DNA of 63,177 nt, filler included, from Sphacelaria rigidula (GCA_964200075.2; 6 parts of 6 records of this genome joined end to end with filler, not necessarily neighbours in it), one strand, 5' to 3'. Counted from the whole stretch's first letter, positions 23,128 to 36,633 are shown. The notes: generated from the sequence alone by a model not told the origin. Translations and numbers: made by a program.

Positions 23128-23344
23128 TTAAGCAGTCCGTGTTGCAGCTACAGCATGCGTTTACACCGTGTGGCGCACGCAGGAGTGAAAGGCTGCCTCC
23201 GCCGCTGTAATGGCTACCTATATCTTAGGCGAAGCTGTATGGTAACACAGCCGCTATGGCGCGAAAGCCGCCTGTAACATTCCACACCGTGGAGATTTTT
23301 ACACAATGTTGTCTCGAAGTGTAGCGTTGCAGTTACCGGATTCA

Positions 23345-23600
23345 AATACGAGTATTACACAAATTGCAGTCGGCAATGTATTCTAACCGTCCACGAGAGA
23401 GAGGGCCTGCTGACCTCCTCTCGCGGTAAAAAAGAAAGGCAAGCACCGCAGAAGAAATGTGGAGAACTAAAACAAACAAAGAAGAAAACTCCTGTGTTTG
23501 CCTTCCTCCTGTGTGACCCCGGCTGGTGCCCCCACATATACCGAAAGGTGGAGGCCGGTGTCCAGAATCGATGGGACGACAACACACACAACACACTGTG
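23345..23600 (-). repeat. Probable abundant brown-algal interspersed repeat
   Basis: Only one copy here. The spurious translation FWT...QPGSHRRK...LRCLP-like resembles, from recall, a repeat often mis-annotated as protein in brown algae. Not verified. Confidence 0.4.
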
Positions 23601-24799
23601 CGCAGTACACTTTAAACATCGTGTTCATACTGACTGTAATAATATTTGTCCAGGGTCTGTTACATTTCCTTATGTAATGATACTCAGTAAGATCGTGAAA
23701 AAATCCACAACATCTGGGCGAAGTGCAGGTGAGGCAATCGCCAAAATATTCACCTGCAAACTCTGCTCCAGTGCACTGTAAGTTGATATCGCTAGAAGGG
23801 CACTGTCATGAACACCTTGCCGGCTGCCAGACTGTCAGGAGCTAATATCCGCTAGCGTTACTATTGCCTGCGCGGGGATGTTGCCCCCTCGTCCGGTACG
23901 TGGGGAAGGGTCCGTTGCAGAACGCAATGGTCGCGCCAAGCAGCTGCACGCTGGGCGTTCTCACTCAAGACTTCGATTTGGAGCATGATACCAGGTAGGC
24001 AGCAGCAACTGCTGTGTGTCCAGGTACTCCTTAGAGCAAGACGCGTTTGGTTTTTGTTTGACAAAGTTTTCCCCAAAAAAACGAGATCTATATAGGAGTT
24101 TTAGAGTGGGAAAATGCAGCAAAAATCGAGTCGCGAAAAAACGGTTAGTCGAATTTTTTACCCGGAGCAGACGGAAACCAAATTCAAATTGGAACACTAT
24201 GCCGACTGCATTCGTGTTCCTAACCTGGATAACGGTAGTAGCCAAGGTCTGATGCTGGTAGCCAAAGTCTACAGATCATACCTACTTCTACCTGAATTTT
24301 TGGTGAGAGTATTGAAATCGTACCTAATCTACCCGAATTTCGGGTAGAGCTACACCTGGGTATGATACCCGGGGACTCAGAAGTACATACCCTACCCGAT
24401 CTGCCCTTGAAGAACTGGTATGTTGCGTAGTGTGTCACTCCTTGAATAACACGATGATTTCCGAAAGCTCGAATCTTACCCGCCCCAGTGTTTCGGGGCG
24501 GGTTATTTTGCTGCAAGCAACAGCGAAGGTTTTGTAGAATATTATCCTAAACTCATGTCGTGAGGCCCAGGTAAAGTAGCTTCCGCCAATTCTGTTTTCG
24601 GCAAAAACTGAGAAGCGCAGCAACTTTGCGACCGTTTATTCAAGCTATTTTGGGGAAATAATGCGACCTTCAACAATCGGAGGTCGAGATCGCCCGCCCT
24701 GTTAATATACCCACGCGGTTTCTGTTTTGATCGAAACTGAATCCACATGGGACAATGCTTGAACAGGCAGCCCGAAAGCAGCATGGTTTCGCCCTCTAA

Positions 24800-25224
24800 C
24801 ACGGAATCTTACAAATTGGGGATGAATCTCTCATTGGGGATGAGAAATCTGGAGAATTAAATCTTCGTATCCACACCAAATCTTCAAAATATGGTTCCAT
24901 TTCTCTTCACCTACTGATAGCTATATACAACTGCTACGTACCACAGAAAATTGGATTTCGATCACCGAAATGTTGGGGTCCTAGGTGAAAAAAAAATGGT
25001 GAATTTCGGGTGTCGAAACGGACGCCAAAATGGTTCGGAAAATGTTTCACCTAGGACCCCAACATTTCGGTGATCGAAATCCAAATTTCTTTGGCGTATG
25101 TAGTTGTCAATAGCTGTCAGAAGGTGAAGAAATGGAATCATGTTTCGAAGATTTGGTGTGGATACGAAGATTGTAATTCTCCGGGTTCCTCATCAGATCC
25201 ATCCTCAATTTGTAAGATGCCGTG
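24800..25224. mobile_element. Foldback MITE family C, arms about 190 bp
   Basis: CACGG.ATCTTACAAATTG...GAAATGTTGGGGTCCTAGGTGAAA / TTTCACCTAGGACCCCAACATTTC...CAATTTGTAAGATGCCGTG. Sibling at 33989-34401. Confidence 0.9.
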
Positions 25225-25599
25225 TTCTCTGCACGCGTGTGCATATTGGCTCACACAAGTCTCACTTCTGAAAATCTAGTCTGACTAAGATAGTAAAATT
25301 CAAATGCAGCTTCTGTGTAGGCACCATGCGGTAGGACGCCCTTGTTGCTAGGGGCGCGCAACTACAGAATCAGAATCACTGCATCTCTTCCTCACGAGCT
25401 GAAATTCTTGCGTTTCTGAATCTGAGCTGCACTTCCAGCAACGGACATGCTGAAACGTTATGATTGGAGCTCTCATCGATTACAAGTGTGGAAGACACCT
25501 CTTTGCAGTGACATGCCAGAGATTGATGACACACATGTATGGAGAATCAGCGCATGCAGGTACAAGGTAGGAACGGTCCGAAAGGACCAGATTACCCAG

Positions 25600-27540
25600 A
25601 CCCTGTAATGCCAACGATACTAGACAACTCGGGGTGATGCCAGGAAGAGCCGGATCTCAGAACGATCGTGGATCCCCCGAGGTAACGGATCACCCCACCG
25701 TGACCACAGTCATGTCTGCCCCACTTCTTGCCTACATATCACAAGAGGAAATCATCGCCAGCCTCGGAGTCCCTTCGTCATCAGGACGACATCTCCAACG
25801 ACAGTCTCCCCCGTAGGTCTCTGACTACCCTAGCGATACGCCTTCCTCACATTGGCGACACCAGAAAAGAACTCAAGCAAGACAGGCCGTACCAGTAAAA
25901 GAACGAGAGGCGATTGATCCGACGCCAGAAACACCGGGGTCCTTCAAGGAACGCTACTGCAGTGAAACGTATGCATGGCTAATCAAGTAGCGAAGCCACA
26001 CTCATGAACCAACCTCTCACCACCATAGTGTAAGAGACACGGCAATCAGTCAAGCAGGCCCATCTCTGGAAGCACGGTGACTCGAAACAGCACTAAAAAA
26101 AATTCTCCCCAACCTGCGAGTGCATTACCTTGTCATTCCCTGCCATTTAGCAAGCGAAAGAAGGAGGTGAATGGGACGGTCTTACCGCATCCCAGCTCAC
26201 AAGTTGAGAGGAGTTAAAAAGTACAGACAGTTCAATATTTCACGCCTCAGTACGCATGCAAGAGAGAAAAAGTGCCAACCATCTGGTGAAAACTATCGGA
26301 GGGAAGCGGGTTTCCTAGTCAGTACAGTAACTCCTCTGGCGAGGCACCAGAACAGTCCCCAGTTGTAACCTGGAAGTACATGCTAGGTTAAAACAGAAGC
26401 TGAACAAGAGCACGATGAGAGTTGGTTCCTGAGCAGCCTTCATAACAGCCATCGAGAAAACGATACACCGGACAAAGGTTCATCATTGTCGAAAGTGAAG
26501 CTCGACTGGTTGAGGCTCATACCAGGCTACATTCTGCGCTATAACCCAATGAATCGGTGACGTTACATTCCACACTGACACATATTCAACTTGCCGCCAT
26601 AATAAACATTAACTGTATCAGCAGTGGCTGTTGATTCCAAATCGGAACTGCCAATTCTGCCTCCAGAAGATGATCCAATCACATCTAGTTTAGATGTAGC
26701 ACCTGGATATTATACAAAAAGAAAGAAGCGGCGGAACAAATGTCAAAACTCTGGAATACCGAATATCATGAAGCCTTCGAAAAACTGAACAATTGATGAC
26801 CGAGGCGCCCGTCATTCATTTTCCAGATTTCACCAAAGACTTAACGATTAATGTCGATGGGTCAGACCGAGGCGCGGGAGGAGCGTACCTGTCCCAGAAG
26901 AAGGGCGACGACGACTCAATCGTAGCATACTTAGTAAACGTTTCAATGATGCTCATTATAGCTACTCACCCACCATGTAAGAATGTTATGCTGTTGTAGT
27001 AGCCATTCAGCATTTCAAACCAGTCTTAGGGGGCCGTCACTTTACGTGTGTAACAGATCATGCAGCTCTTCGATATTTATGTGCAATGCAAGATACGAGC
27101 AACATGTTGACCCGTTGGGCGATCGCTTACGATCATATTACTTCACGGTCAGACACAAACCGGAGAAACTTCATGTTATTTCAGACACCCTCCCACGGCA
27201 ACATCAGTTTCAAATATCAGCTGAGAAGCGCGACAATTTAAGGCCGGTACAAAATAACAGAGAGCTGTTCACCGTGAAATCAGTATACGTAACCGCCACG
27301 AACGTCTTCATGTCAGTCGACCGCGAAGTAAGCAAAAAGAGCAAACACGGGAGTACGCAGACCATGGCAGGGTTGCCAACGCTGAAAAAACGGGTCAAAA
27401 TCGGTCAAAAGTTGCCGATGGGACATGTTCCAGTAGAACGGCCACACGAAAGAGTCTCGGCAGACCTAGTCGAATACAAAACAGCTTCGATGTCAAACGC
27501 TGGGGTACTATGAAAATATGTTCTGTCCGCAATACTCCAG
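25600..27540 (+). mobile_element. Decayed Ty3/Gypsy LTR retrotransposon remnant (RT fragment, RNase H, integrase N-terminus)
   Basis: SSLDVAPGYY (RT motif, about 26684), then EAPVIHFPDFTKDLTINVDGSDRGAG, ECYAVV, VTDHAALRYL, LTRWAI, FTVRHKPEKLH and PVERPHERVSADLV. Frameshifts and stops throughout. RH-INT order indicates Gypsy. The 5' boundary is approximate. Confidence 0.85.
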
Positions 27541-27578
27541 CGTTTGACATCCAGTGCCGAATAAACAGGCCCCGTCAA

Positions 27579-28490
27579 CAGAGAGTTTCGGAAAACGTTT
27601 TTTCAAGTCTTAGAGTCAGAGTGGAAGGAAAAATAGCCGATAACGGTGCACTTTCCGCTATGAAGGTTTTTTCAGAGCGATTTTTTCAGAGTGAGAGTGC
27701 CGTTTGCACCACTTCACTCTGAAAACCGTTGTTCCTCTTCAGAGCCCATAGCGGAATAAAGAAGGACCACGCCCACCTTCACCGCCATGGTCACGTCCAG
27801 TCCAAAGTCCAGTTTCTCACTCTCGCGAGCCTCAGCTGTAAGAAGACGGTGTGAACGACTCGTAGTCTGCAACGCACAAGCAGTACTACACCTGGCTACA
27901 TTGCCATTTCGTTAGAGGTCATGACTTCTTGCATCACACTTATGGGTGGCATGTTTGGAAATCATCACGATGCGGCCTTGTCTGTTGTTCGAAAGTGCTG
28001 CCTACTGCTTACTACTGTACTGTTGTGCTGCTGTATTACTGTAAAACTGACTGTACGGCATCGTTGTAGTTCACCGTACCGCGATGTACTGCTGTAGGGT
28101 TCTGCATTGCACTCTCTATACTGCACTGGCTGTAGTCGACACTGCACAGCACTATAGCACTACAGTACCCTGTGGTGCGCCGTGGTGGATTGAAGTACTA
28201 CGGGTGCAACGAAGCGTGGTGTACGGCACGTACGGTGCCGAAGGGTATGGTGCAGAAAATGCTGTCTTGACTGGTGCATTTTCGAACTGCACATGACTGC
28301 ACGCTGAGCGATCGCACATTTATTTGACAGCATAACCTGTGACCGATCACTGCGGGAAAAAGAAGTCCACATCAAGCCACGTCACATCAGCTTTCGCGAT
28401 GAACTTTTCAGCATCCACTCTGAAGTTTCAACGCTTCCACTCTGCGCTCTGACTCTATGATCAAAAACAAAAACTTTCCGAAACTCTCTA
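27579..28490. mobile_element. TIR-bounded non-autonomous element (about 910 bp)
   Basis: AGAGAGTTTCGGAAA..TTTT...TAGAGTCAGAG / CTCTGACTCTA...AAAACTTTCCGAAACTCTCT. No TSD found. Confidence 0.65.
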
Positions 28491-29409
28491 ATGAACCGAG
28501 AAAAAACGAAGCTTCACAGTTGGTTCACCAGGCAAAATATGAGGTTATAGACAGTAGTCCACACCACTAGTAATATTTGATGCGCACCTGTGAGAACTCT
28601 TTCACAAACGCGTTCGGTGTGCTCAAGCTATTTTCTTTGAACCAAACCCTCACAATACTGGCATACCTGGCAAGCGCGTATGCGTTCAAACCGTTGCCCT
28701 CAACATTGCGATTTGCGCGGTTCAAACAATCACCCCCGACTTGATATTGTAACTACGGTAGTGATCACAGCAATCTCAACCCACAGTGCAATCAGTCGTA
28801 TTTTTATGCTCGGGCGCAAAGGGTTTCGGCCCAAGCCTACCCATATCTCATTCTGACGCCTTCCACCCGTATGCACAGGGTCAATCACAAGATGGCAGAC
28901 GCCCCCTTGTGATTGGACCTCGCACGACGGCTGAGCCCCGCCAGATTGATGTCTGTCCCTCCACTGATGCTACACGCGCCACTTGACGATATCTCAGAAA
29001 TGTAGCAAACCCCACGTCTTCAAATAAGCATACAGTGGGGCGATCCAGAGTGTACCACTGCCGCACAATTAGGCTGTCGCCCTCTACACGTTCTGATTAC
29101 ACTTTGCGTTAATTCCCCATTGTCCGCCATAGGCCCACATTAGGGAACCAGCGATTGACGACAACCCGCCGCGGAAGTGCCCCCCCCCTTTTCTTTCGCT
29201 CGGCCAGTAGACACACATCACATAACTGAATCAATGTCGGCCGGCATAGGTTCAGGTTCGTGGTGCGGGTACACTTAGCTCGATCAGACTGTCATGATGG
29301 GTTCCATGGCAGCAGGATCCCAATTGCGCAATGACCAACCCCAGTGTTTTAATTCTGGAGCTGATCACCTAAAATAGTTTCACCTCCATGTGGTATTAAT
29401 CATAGCCAG

Positions 29410-31542
29410 TTGAACCCGTTCTCCTCGCGGGATCGGCAGTCATGCAGTGTAATACCTCCCAACCCTGAAGCAGGAACCTCTTTTGGCGCGGTAGCTATTA
29501 CCGCTGCGACCGTTCATCGTAGGATAATAAAATCAAGGCTACACACTAGCCCCCAAACAGGCTTAGGTGCCAAGCCGACCCCTGTTACACCCACGAACGA
29601 AATGACGTCCGTGCCCGGTCCCCATTTATTCGGTGAGCGTAATTTTTCGTGCACGGAGCGTAACCGTGTCGAATCCTGGTTTTCCGTCGCTCAGCGGGTT
29701 GGGAAGGAACCCCAAGTAACAGCGCCGGTGGAGCGCCACGAGCGTGACCCAGCGCGGACTGTCCTTGACCAATTCCCAATAGCCCCCGGAGCAACCGAAC
29801 CTCAGGTGCGCTATACGTGTCACCCTCGACGGGCTCCTCTGGATGACCCTGTAAATATCCCTGATGACGCAGTTGCACCCGTCCACCGGAATCGTGAACG
29901 AGTGTGGGTTTCATTAGATGAAGGCGATACTGTCGACCAGGCCGGAGTTTCCCAGATTTCGAACAGATCAACACCGCTCCCTGCCGACCCCTCACACACA
30001 GTGTTGGAACCCACCACTAGAATAGCGTTGTCATCTCTTGGATCAAATATCTCGCTACCACTTGAGCGCTCGTCTCCTTGCCATGACAACCCTCCGTCTA
30101 AGTCTTCTTCATCACAAGGAAAACATAGCTTAGTGCCCCACGAACCATCCACGCTTGATCGCTCGTCCCCTATTTTACCAACGTTGGCCCTAACTAACAC
30201 GGGTAGCGAATTGACTAGTGTAGCCAAATCGCCTCAGCCCTTTGCCGAAACGTCCCATTGTTTGCCCGTACTAGATGCTGTAACCTCGCCAGCTTCACCA
30301 ACTGACGCTTCGCTACTTGTTGCGACCGACCAAGGGATCCCAAACCAAACGCAACAGTTGTCGCGGCCAGCCACAACAACTGCCCTTCCCAGACATCGTC
30401 CATTCCTTACAGTACACAAAATTCAAGACTCGACAGATTCCGCATCAACTGCAAAAGACACTCCGTGCCCCAATCCACCTTCGGACAGAAATCGTGCTCC
30501 GAAGGATCATCAGCGTGTGTATTTCAGCGCAGCCGCTCACAAGCACAAGCACGGTTTGTCCACAGATTTCTTTCCAGAATTTGGACCGGATCAAGTCAGC
30601 GGTACTGCAATCATGGATGATGCCTCCTTCACAACGAAAATAGGTGTACATGCATGGTGGAATGCATGCAGCATGCCCTTCATTGGCTCTTGTGTTGCCC
30701 GATTCAGGCTCGCCGCAAACGTTCATCAACTCCAGCTGCTGGCAACAAATGATCAACGCGGGGGCTGTAGACACGCATTGCGTTTCTACGGTTTTCCCTC
30801 GTGTTTTCGGCGGGTTTGGTGCCTCCACTTCACTTACGGTCGATCGATCAATGAGACTTAGTGAGCAATTTTTCGATGAAACGGGTCCGAGTGCTCGATT
30901 ATCGGTGTGGGCACTTATAGTTCCCGATGGTTCCAAGTCGGTTGATGTTTTGCTGGAGCGTGATTCTTGGCTAAGGTTTTCTTCTCATACATACACGTCG
31001 GACACACCTCTTTTGCACCATCCCAAAATTGGCAGATTGAAATTGGGATATCACGACACTGCTCCGGGGGCTCATGCCTATGTCGATTGTCCAGCACAGA
31101 CGGGTGATGCTTTCCGACTGTACTATGTTGGCAAAAAAGTAGCCTCCTTGTTCCTTGAACCCCAACTCATTCATGTAAACCTTGTGCGACGGAATGGATC
31201 CTCTGCCCTCACTGGACAATACTCGGTCGAATTCATCAACCTCAATCAGTCGGCTGATGATGTCGGAGCCTTTAACCAGACAGACGTATTCGTTCACGAA
31301 GGTGGATAACCCATCCCTCTCACGTCCTCTGCATATTTCGATATACTGCCCGACCAGTTGTTGGGTTTTGCTCAGGCGCCCCTCCGACGGACAGACTTGT
31401 CAAACGTGTGTCTGGCGCCCGAACAAAATGCGTCACCAGACACCTCGATCAATACGGACTCTCCGCCGTTAGACAAGACTTGCCCTATGGTAGTGGACTA
31501 TGCGTCTAACGCGCCTGAACCAAACCCCTCAACTACATTAAA
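29410..31542 (+). mobile_element. Second LTR retrotransposon remnant: Pro/Ser-rich gag-like region plus retroviral-type aspartic protease
   Basis: ORF 30644-31309 has LPDSGSPQTFIN (D-S-G catalytic motif) and VDVLLERDSWLRF (LLGRD-like). Frameshifts; truncated by the contig end. Confidence 0.75.
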
Positions 31543-31642
31543 NNNNNNNNNNNNNNNNNNNNNNNNNNNNNNNNNNNNNNNNNNNNTTAATTAATTAANN
31601 NNNNNNNNNNNNNNNNNNNNNNNNNNNNNNNNNNNNNNNNNN
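31543..31642. other. Artificial contig spacer
   Basis: 44 N + TTAATTAATTAA + 44 N. Confidence 0.99.
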
Positions 31643-33636
31643 TGGATGAGATAAGGGGCTCCTAACAATTCTAATCTCAGAAATTATTCCTCGACCCCTA
31701 CCGTAGCATCACTCAATCCCAGTTTTTCCCTCGGTCGGATTCTGGGTTTTTTCAGTGCAGTCACCTGAAAAAATCCAGAATCCGGCCAAGAGAAAAACTG
31801 GGAGTACGAAATATCGGACAAGCGTGCTGGAACCCTCGTGAAAAATGGAGCAAATCTTTCCGAGGAGGCCAAATCCGCCAAGGCCCGTATTCCGCCAATA
31901 ATCCGTGATGGAAGGTTCAAGAGGTCAGTTTTCAGACTGATTTTTTTTCAGTCTATAAGACGCGGCCTAAGTAAAAAATATTAAGCCCTGGCTCCTGAAA
32001 CCACCCATCTCTCGATGTGCCTATTAGCCATTATGACTTTTCTTCGTTGAACAAATGTTCTCAAACTGAAGGGAGGCACTACCGTAGAACGAGTTCAATC
32101 CTATGCCGAAACGCCATGTCCCCAGCGTATCACCTCTTCTTGTTGATGGAGCTTGAACACAGTCTGTAGTTTGGGCTGAACATCAAAGCTCTTTCCGGCC
32201 TTGACAGATCTGGATAATATGCGAACACAAGGAGGGCTGGAAGAGGGGGCGACCGCTGCGCACAATGTGCTCCCTGGGGCCATCATCGTCCCGACTCTTG
32301 CCAGTGTCGCCTGCACTAGTTGCCGCGCGGACCACACGCAATGCGCTCCGTGTCGTCCGTCCCCAGTTCCTACGACAAGGGCGCAGTGTTGGCTCCGCCG
32401 TACAATAACAGCAGTACTACCTATGCAGAGATAAAGACCGTAGGGAGGTATATGGGACCTGGGATCAATACCGGTGTAGTTGTTTAGATGATGCGGGTGC
32501 CTTCTGTTTCAAGTCTTGCAAATACTTAAGGTGTGTGGGCGAACAAGCCTGTCGGTGCAAGCGAACGGAACAGGTTTCGACTTGAAACCGGAACCGGGTG
32601 ATCCCGCCAACGCGAAATCATCCGTCGCACCGCTAGTCGACAACCTGTAACACAAGACAGAGTCTTCATTGAAGACTCACCTGTACAATCGACCACTTGC
32701 AATTGAACTCGCTATCTTGGCCAGGAGAGCGTACATGTGTGCATGTTTTCGGTCTTGAAAGTGCGGCGGGATAGCAAAAATTCAAACCGGGAAGAGGAAC
32801 AAAGCGCGGATTCCCGCATGACAAGCAAGGGAATTTGGAAACAGAGTCGCTCCCATTTTCGCGATGCACGTGTTGGGGTTGGCTGGCGAATAAATACGCA
32901 GCGAACGAGCCAGGAATAAGCACTGGTTGATGGTTGCAAGAGCTGGATTCGTCACCCTCGTGGCATGACGTGAAAGGTGGGCGTATCGTACGATTCACAG
33001 CGTCCATGAAAAAGAAAGGGTATAGACAAAAAGGGGAATACACTCCATTTTTGGCCATAATGGGGGTACAGTGTACACTAAATAAATGACTTCCACAAGA
33101 GGTGCCTGAGTTGTTGGTGTTATTGGCGTATTTAAGGCCTCCAACGTCACTCACTCCCCACATATATGTGGGGGTATGCTTCATTTTTCCTCCAAAAAGT
33201 GGACGTTACTGTAAGTAATATTTCATATGCCATCACGAACGCGGTGCTATTGTCCTCTTCAGTTAGTGTTCTTGGCCAAAGGTTCGTCATCATTCTTGTA
33301 CTGAGCCCCTCACTGTATGCGAAAGATCTGGACCCAAATGTGCAACCCTTACCGTGGCATGACTCTGTAGCGCGAAAGAATCCAGGGCAGCGCGAAGGAC
33401 TTAAATCATTCACGCCCACTCTCGAAACCTCATGAAGGAACTTGAGAAAAATGACGAGTGACGAAATAAAGGGGAAATCCATCGTTGATTCGGGTTCTAC
33501 GTCATCACACGTGTTTGTTTGCTTTTCTTCCGTTTTTTCTAACGCACTTTCCGTCCCCTGAGTCACGCCACCACGGTAGGGATTGCACTGTGGGCCCAGA
33601 TCATTCTCGTTAAGGGACCCCTCAAGTACCCCTTAA

Positions 33637-33736
33637 CCCTTAGACCGCGAGGGTAGTCCATCTGGATCGTGTATACTGTTTGCAAGTGAAATTGATGCCG
33701 ATTCGACATAGATGACCTACTCTCGCTGTCCAAGGG
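33637..33736 (+). mobile_element. piggyBac-like MITE (100 bp)
   Basis: TTAA|CCCTTAGACCGCGAG...CTCGCTGTCCAAGGG|TTAA with a perfect TTAA TSD. Confidence 0.88.
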
Positions 33737-33988
33737 TTAAGTTAGGCGCTACACAAAACCATGGGTGAGGGCATACCCATTAGAAAATCCATTCGGGATG
33801 TTTCGTGCCTATTGGAAAGCTAAACGTAGCGTGCTCACATTTTTTATAAGTCGTTTTGTGGATGAGGTAAAGGGCTGCCAACAATTCTGAAGTCATCCAT
33901 ATTTTGTGCACTACTACTGTGGCAAAACTGCCATCCCTCGAGACGACTCCGTGGTCTCAAGAGACCAACCCATCTCACCCGCAGTAAA

Positions 33989-34401
33989 CACGTGATTTGA
34001 CAAATTGGGGATGGATTTTTTACTGGGGATAAGAACCCGGAGAATTAAAATCTTCTTATCCACACCAAATCTTCGAAATATGGCTCCATTTCTTCACTTG
34101 CTGGTAGCTATTGACTACTACACGCCGTACAAATTTGGATTTCAATATACGTAATGTTGGGGTCCTAGGTGAAAAACCAGTTTGGGGGGGATTTTTGACG
34201 AAAATTGGTTTTTTCACCTAGGACCCCAACATTTCGGTTATCGAAATCCAAATTTGTATAGCGTGTAGTAGTTGTCAATAGCTTCCAGCAAGTGGAGACA
34301 TGGAACTATATTTTTAAGATGTAGTGTGGATACGAAGATTTTGATTCTCCGGGTCCTCATCCCCAATAAAAAAATCCATCCCCAATGTGTAAAATCACGT
34401 G
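33989..34401. mobile_element. Foldback MITE family C
   Basis: Long palindrome colinear with 24800-25224, with a different central loop. Confidence 0.9.
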
Positions 34402-34435
34402 TTAGGAGGCTTCTAAACTCGAGTTCTACTTCAAA

Positions 34436-34728
34436 CAGCGTTTTCGTGATGTTGAGAGTAGAGGATACGATTGAGACTGAAAAGCGGTCAATTACTGGAT
34501 GAACAGTTCCAGTTTCGAAGTGCCCCTCAATGAGGGCCGATATTATCCCTGCAGTTTCCTGCCACTGAAGCGCTTAACATCCCTAAGGATATCGATGTGT
34601 AGCTGTAAGCACACGCCAGTGTTACAGGCAGAGGAAAGCACACACAGAATGAGAAATTGGTCAAGTTGAAGCGAATGATCAAACCCAGTCTTGATCAATG
34701 CTCTACTCTCAATCTCACGAAAAGATTG
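34436..34728 (+). mobile_element. MITE family A
   Basis: TIR TTTTCGTGATGTTGAGAGTAGAG / CTCTACTCTCAATCTCACGAAAA. Colinear with 18097-18392. Confidence 0.85.
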
Positions 34729-35084
34729 TTTCTAGCCAACTCGTGAAAGGGGCATGATGGGGGATAACACATGTGCTTTGTGAACTCTCGCGTCCTGCAA
34801 AGCACCTTGCCGCCGTAAGTTGTTGCGTAATCGATTCCATCTCGGAAAACATTGACAACGAGCAATAGACGAGGAAAACAAAGCAGAGCGGTGCCTACCG
34901 TACGATCGAGGTGGAGATAGTAAACAGATATATTGTACATACGGTACTTGAAAGAAAAAAAGTCAAGTTTCTGCAACAAGTGTTTCTCGTAAAATACTTC
35001 GCCTGCCTTGCGGGAGTACGTCCCTCGCACATTATCCGAAATTCGGCGATACGGCGTAACAGGTGGGGTGCGGAGCAAACTCTT

Positions 35085-35343
35085 CACGGTTCGGACGAAT
35101 CATCCCCGGTTCGGATCAACCAAATCCACGATTTTTCAGGCCTGATTGCTCTACAAAGAGAAAAAAGTTTACCAGTGGTCAAAAAGGTCTCCACGCTATT
35201 TTTGCGCCATTCCACGTGCATGGGCTACGCGTACCTGGGTTGTAACGCTGAAAACGAAGCCTAAGGATTGATTCGTACGGTACAAATCAATCGAACGAAA
35301 ATCAAGTAATTTCCAGACGAATCATTAATCCGTCCGACCCGTG
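35085..35343 (+). mobile_element. hAT-type MITE family B
   Basis: TIR CACGGTTCGGACG / CGTCCGACCCGTG. 8-bp TSD AAACTCTT/AAATTCTT. Confidence 0.85.
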
Positions 35344-36119
35344 AAATTCTTGCAATTGAACCTGTAATAAACCAAAAAACTTGCTCAAATGAAAAAAGTG
35401 AGAAAAAAAAAACAGGAACCCACACGCACCCACACGTTACAACGCCCTGCTTCTGGTCGAGCGCTCAACACTATTAAAACATATCTATTGTTCACCAACT
35501 ATCATGTCGCCTGCCCTGCGCACAGACCGTACCTTGCTTGGAAGACAACACCGAAGGAAGCAAGCACAGTAGCGGCCCCGAAAACGCTGAGCAATGCAGC
35601 GCTACAAAACGCCATCGCCACCCATCCATATCACCGCACAATTTCCAGGCCATCCGTGAACTATGAATGCCTGCCAGGAGTTCTACTTGCACTTCCAGGG
35701 AGAAATACGCCAAGACACGAACCGTTTCGCCACCCCGTGTCGACTGCTCAGGGATCGCCGAAACGGCTCATCATCATTGGATGCAGCATTTTGCACTACA
35801 CAACGTCAACTTCCCGGCATACAACCTCCGCACGTCCCCCCCCCCCGACATCATTTCAGCAGGACAGCAGCAGGCTGTTTGATGAGGGGCAATATCTGGA
35901 TACGGAAGGTATGCTGGAATTCTCCCCGACGTCATTAAATGCTGAAACCTGAACGGTCCAGCACCATAACAGCGCTACCTCTCCACCAAAACTCCTGATG
36001 GGGAAAAGACAGTTGATCTTCCCGGCATGTCGTTCTCGACACAGCTAAAAAAATTCCAGTGAATCTCGAAAGCGGTAGAGCAGCAGCATCGCCAGCAGTC
36101 CGCCGAACAGGCATGATAG

Positions 36120-36208
36120 TCACCACTCGAGATCCTCCGGCATTACGGGGTGAGAAAGCGGCACGACTGATTTCTTTTCGACATCCCGAGGCAGAGCTTT
36201 CCGCATAT
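36120..36208 (-). CDS. NAA20: N-terminal acetyltransferase B catalytic subunit, terminal exon
   Basis: tacag|(D)MRKALPRDVEKKSVVPLSHPVMPEDLEW*. Matches the NAA20 C-terminus; phase consistent. Confidence 0.94.
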
Positions 36209-36303
36209 CTGTACGCGCGTGCGGAGAAAAGGGGGTAAAATATGGAGAGAAACAAATCCAAGGGCAAAACACAAAGTGTGAGGTGTGAAGAACGGGACTC
36301 AGA

Positions 36304-36633
36304 AGATATCATTATCTCAGGCGCCTTTTGGATTTTCGACGATAGCTTTTCCCTTAATCTCCGGTTACATCGGTTCCCTGCGGTGCACGGAGCACTCTTG
36401 TGCCACAGCGCAGCACGCACGGTGCCTCAACTCGTTTCTGCTCAAAATCGATGCACTGGGCGCCGATTTGACCAAAAAACGACGCACACTTCGCCTCCGT
36501 GACGAACGATGCATGCGAACCTCCTTTTCTCCAGGGTTCACGGTTTGCCTTCGTTGGGGATGGGGTTACGGCTAGGGTTGAGGGTGTAGTTGGGTTAGTC
36601 TGTATGAAGGTCCAAAAGGCACCTGAGATGTCT
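36304..36633. mobile_element. Intronic inverted-repeat element
   Basis: ATCTCAGGCGCCTTTTGGA / TCCAAAAGGCACCTGAGAT, with an internal degenerate GGGTTA-like tract. Confidence 0.6.

Noticed and set aside
25600..31542. One retroelement with rearranged domain order (RH-INT before gag-PR)
   Set aside because: Better explained as two separate decayed elements with a TIR element between them.
32666..33566. Consecutive ORFs suggesting a pseudogene
   Set aside because: No recognisable motif in any frame; stops are frequent.
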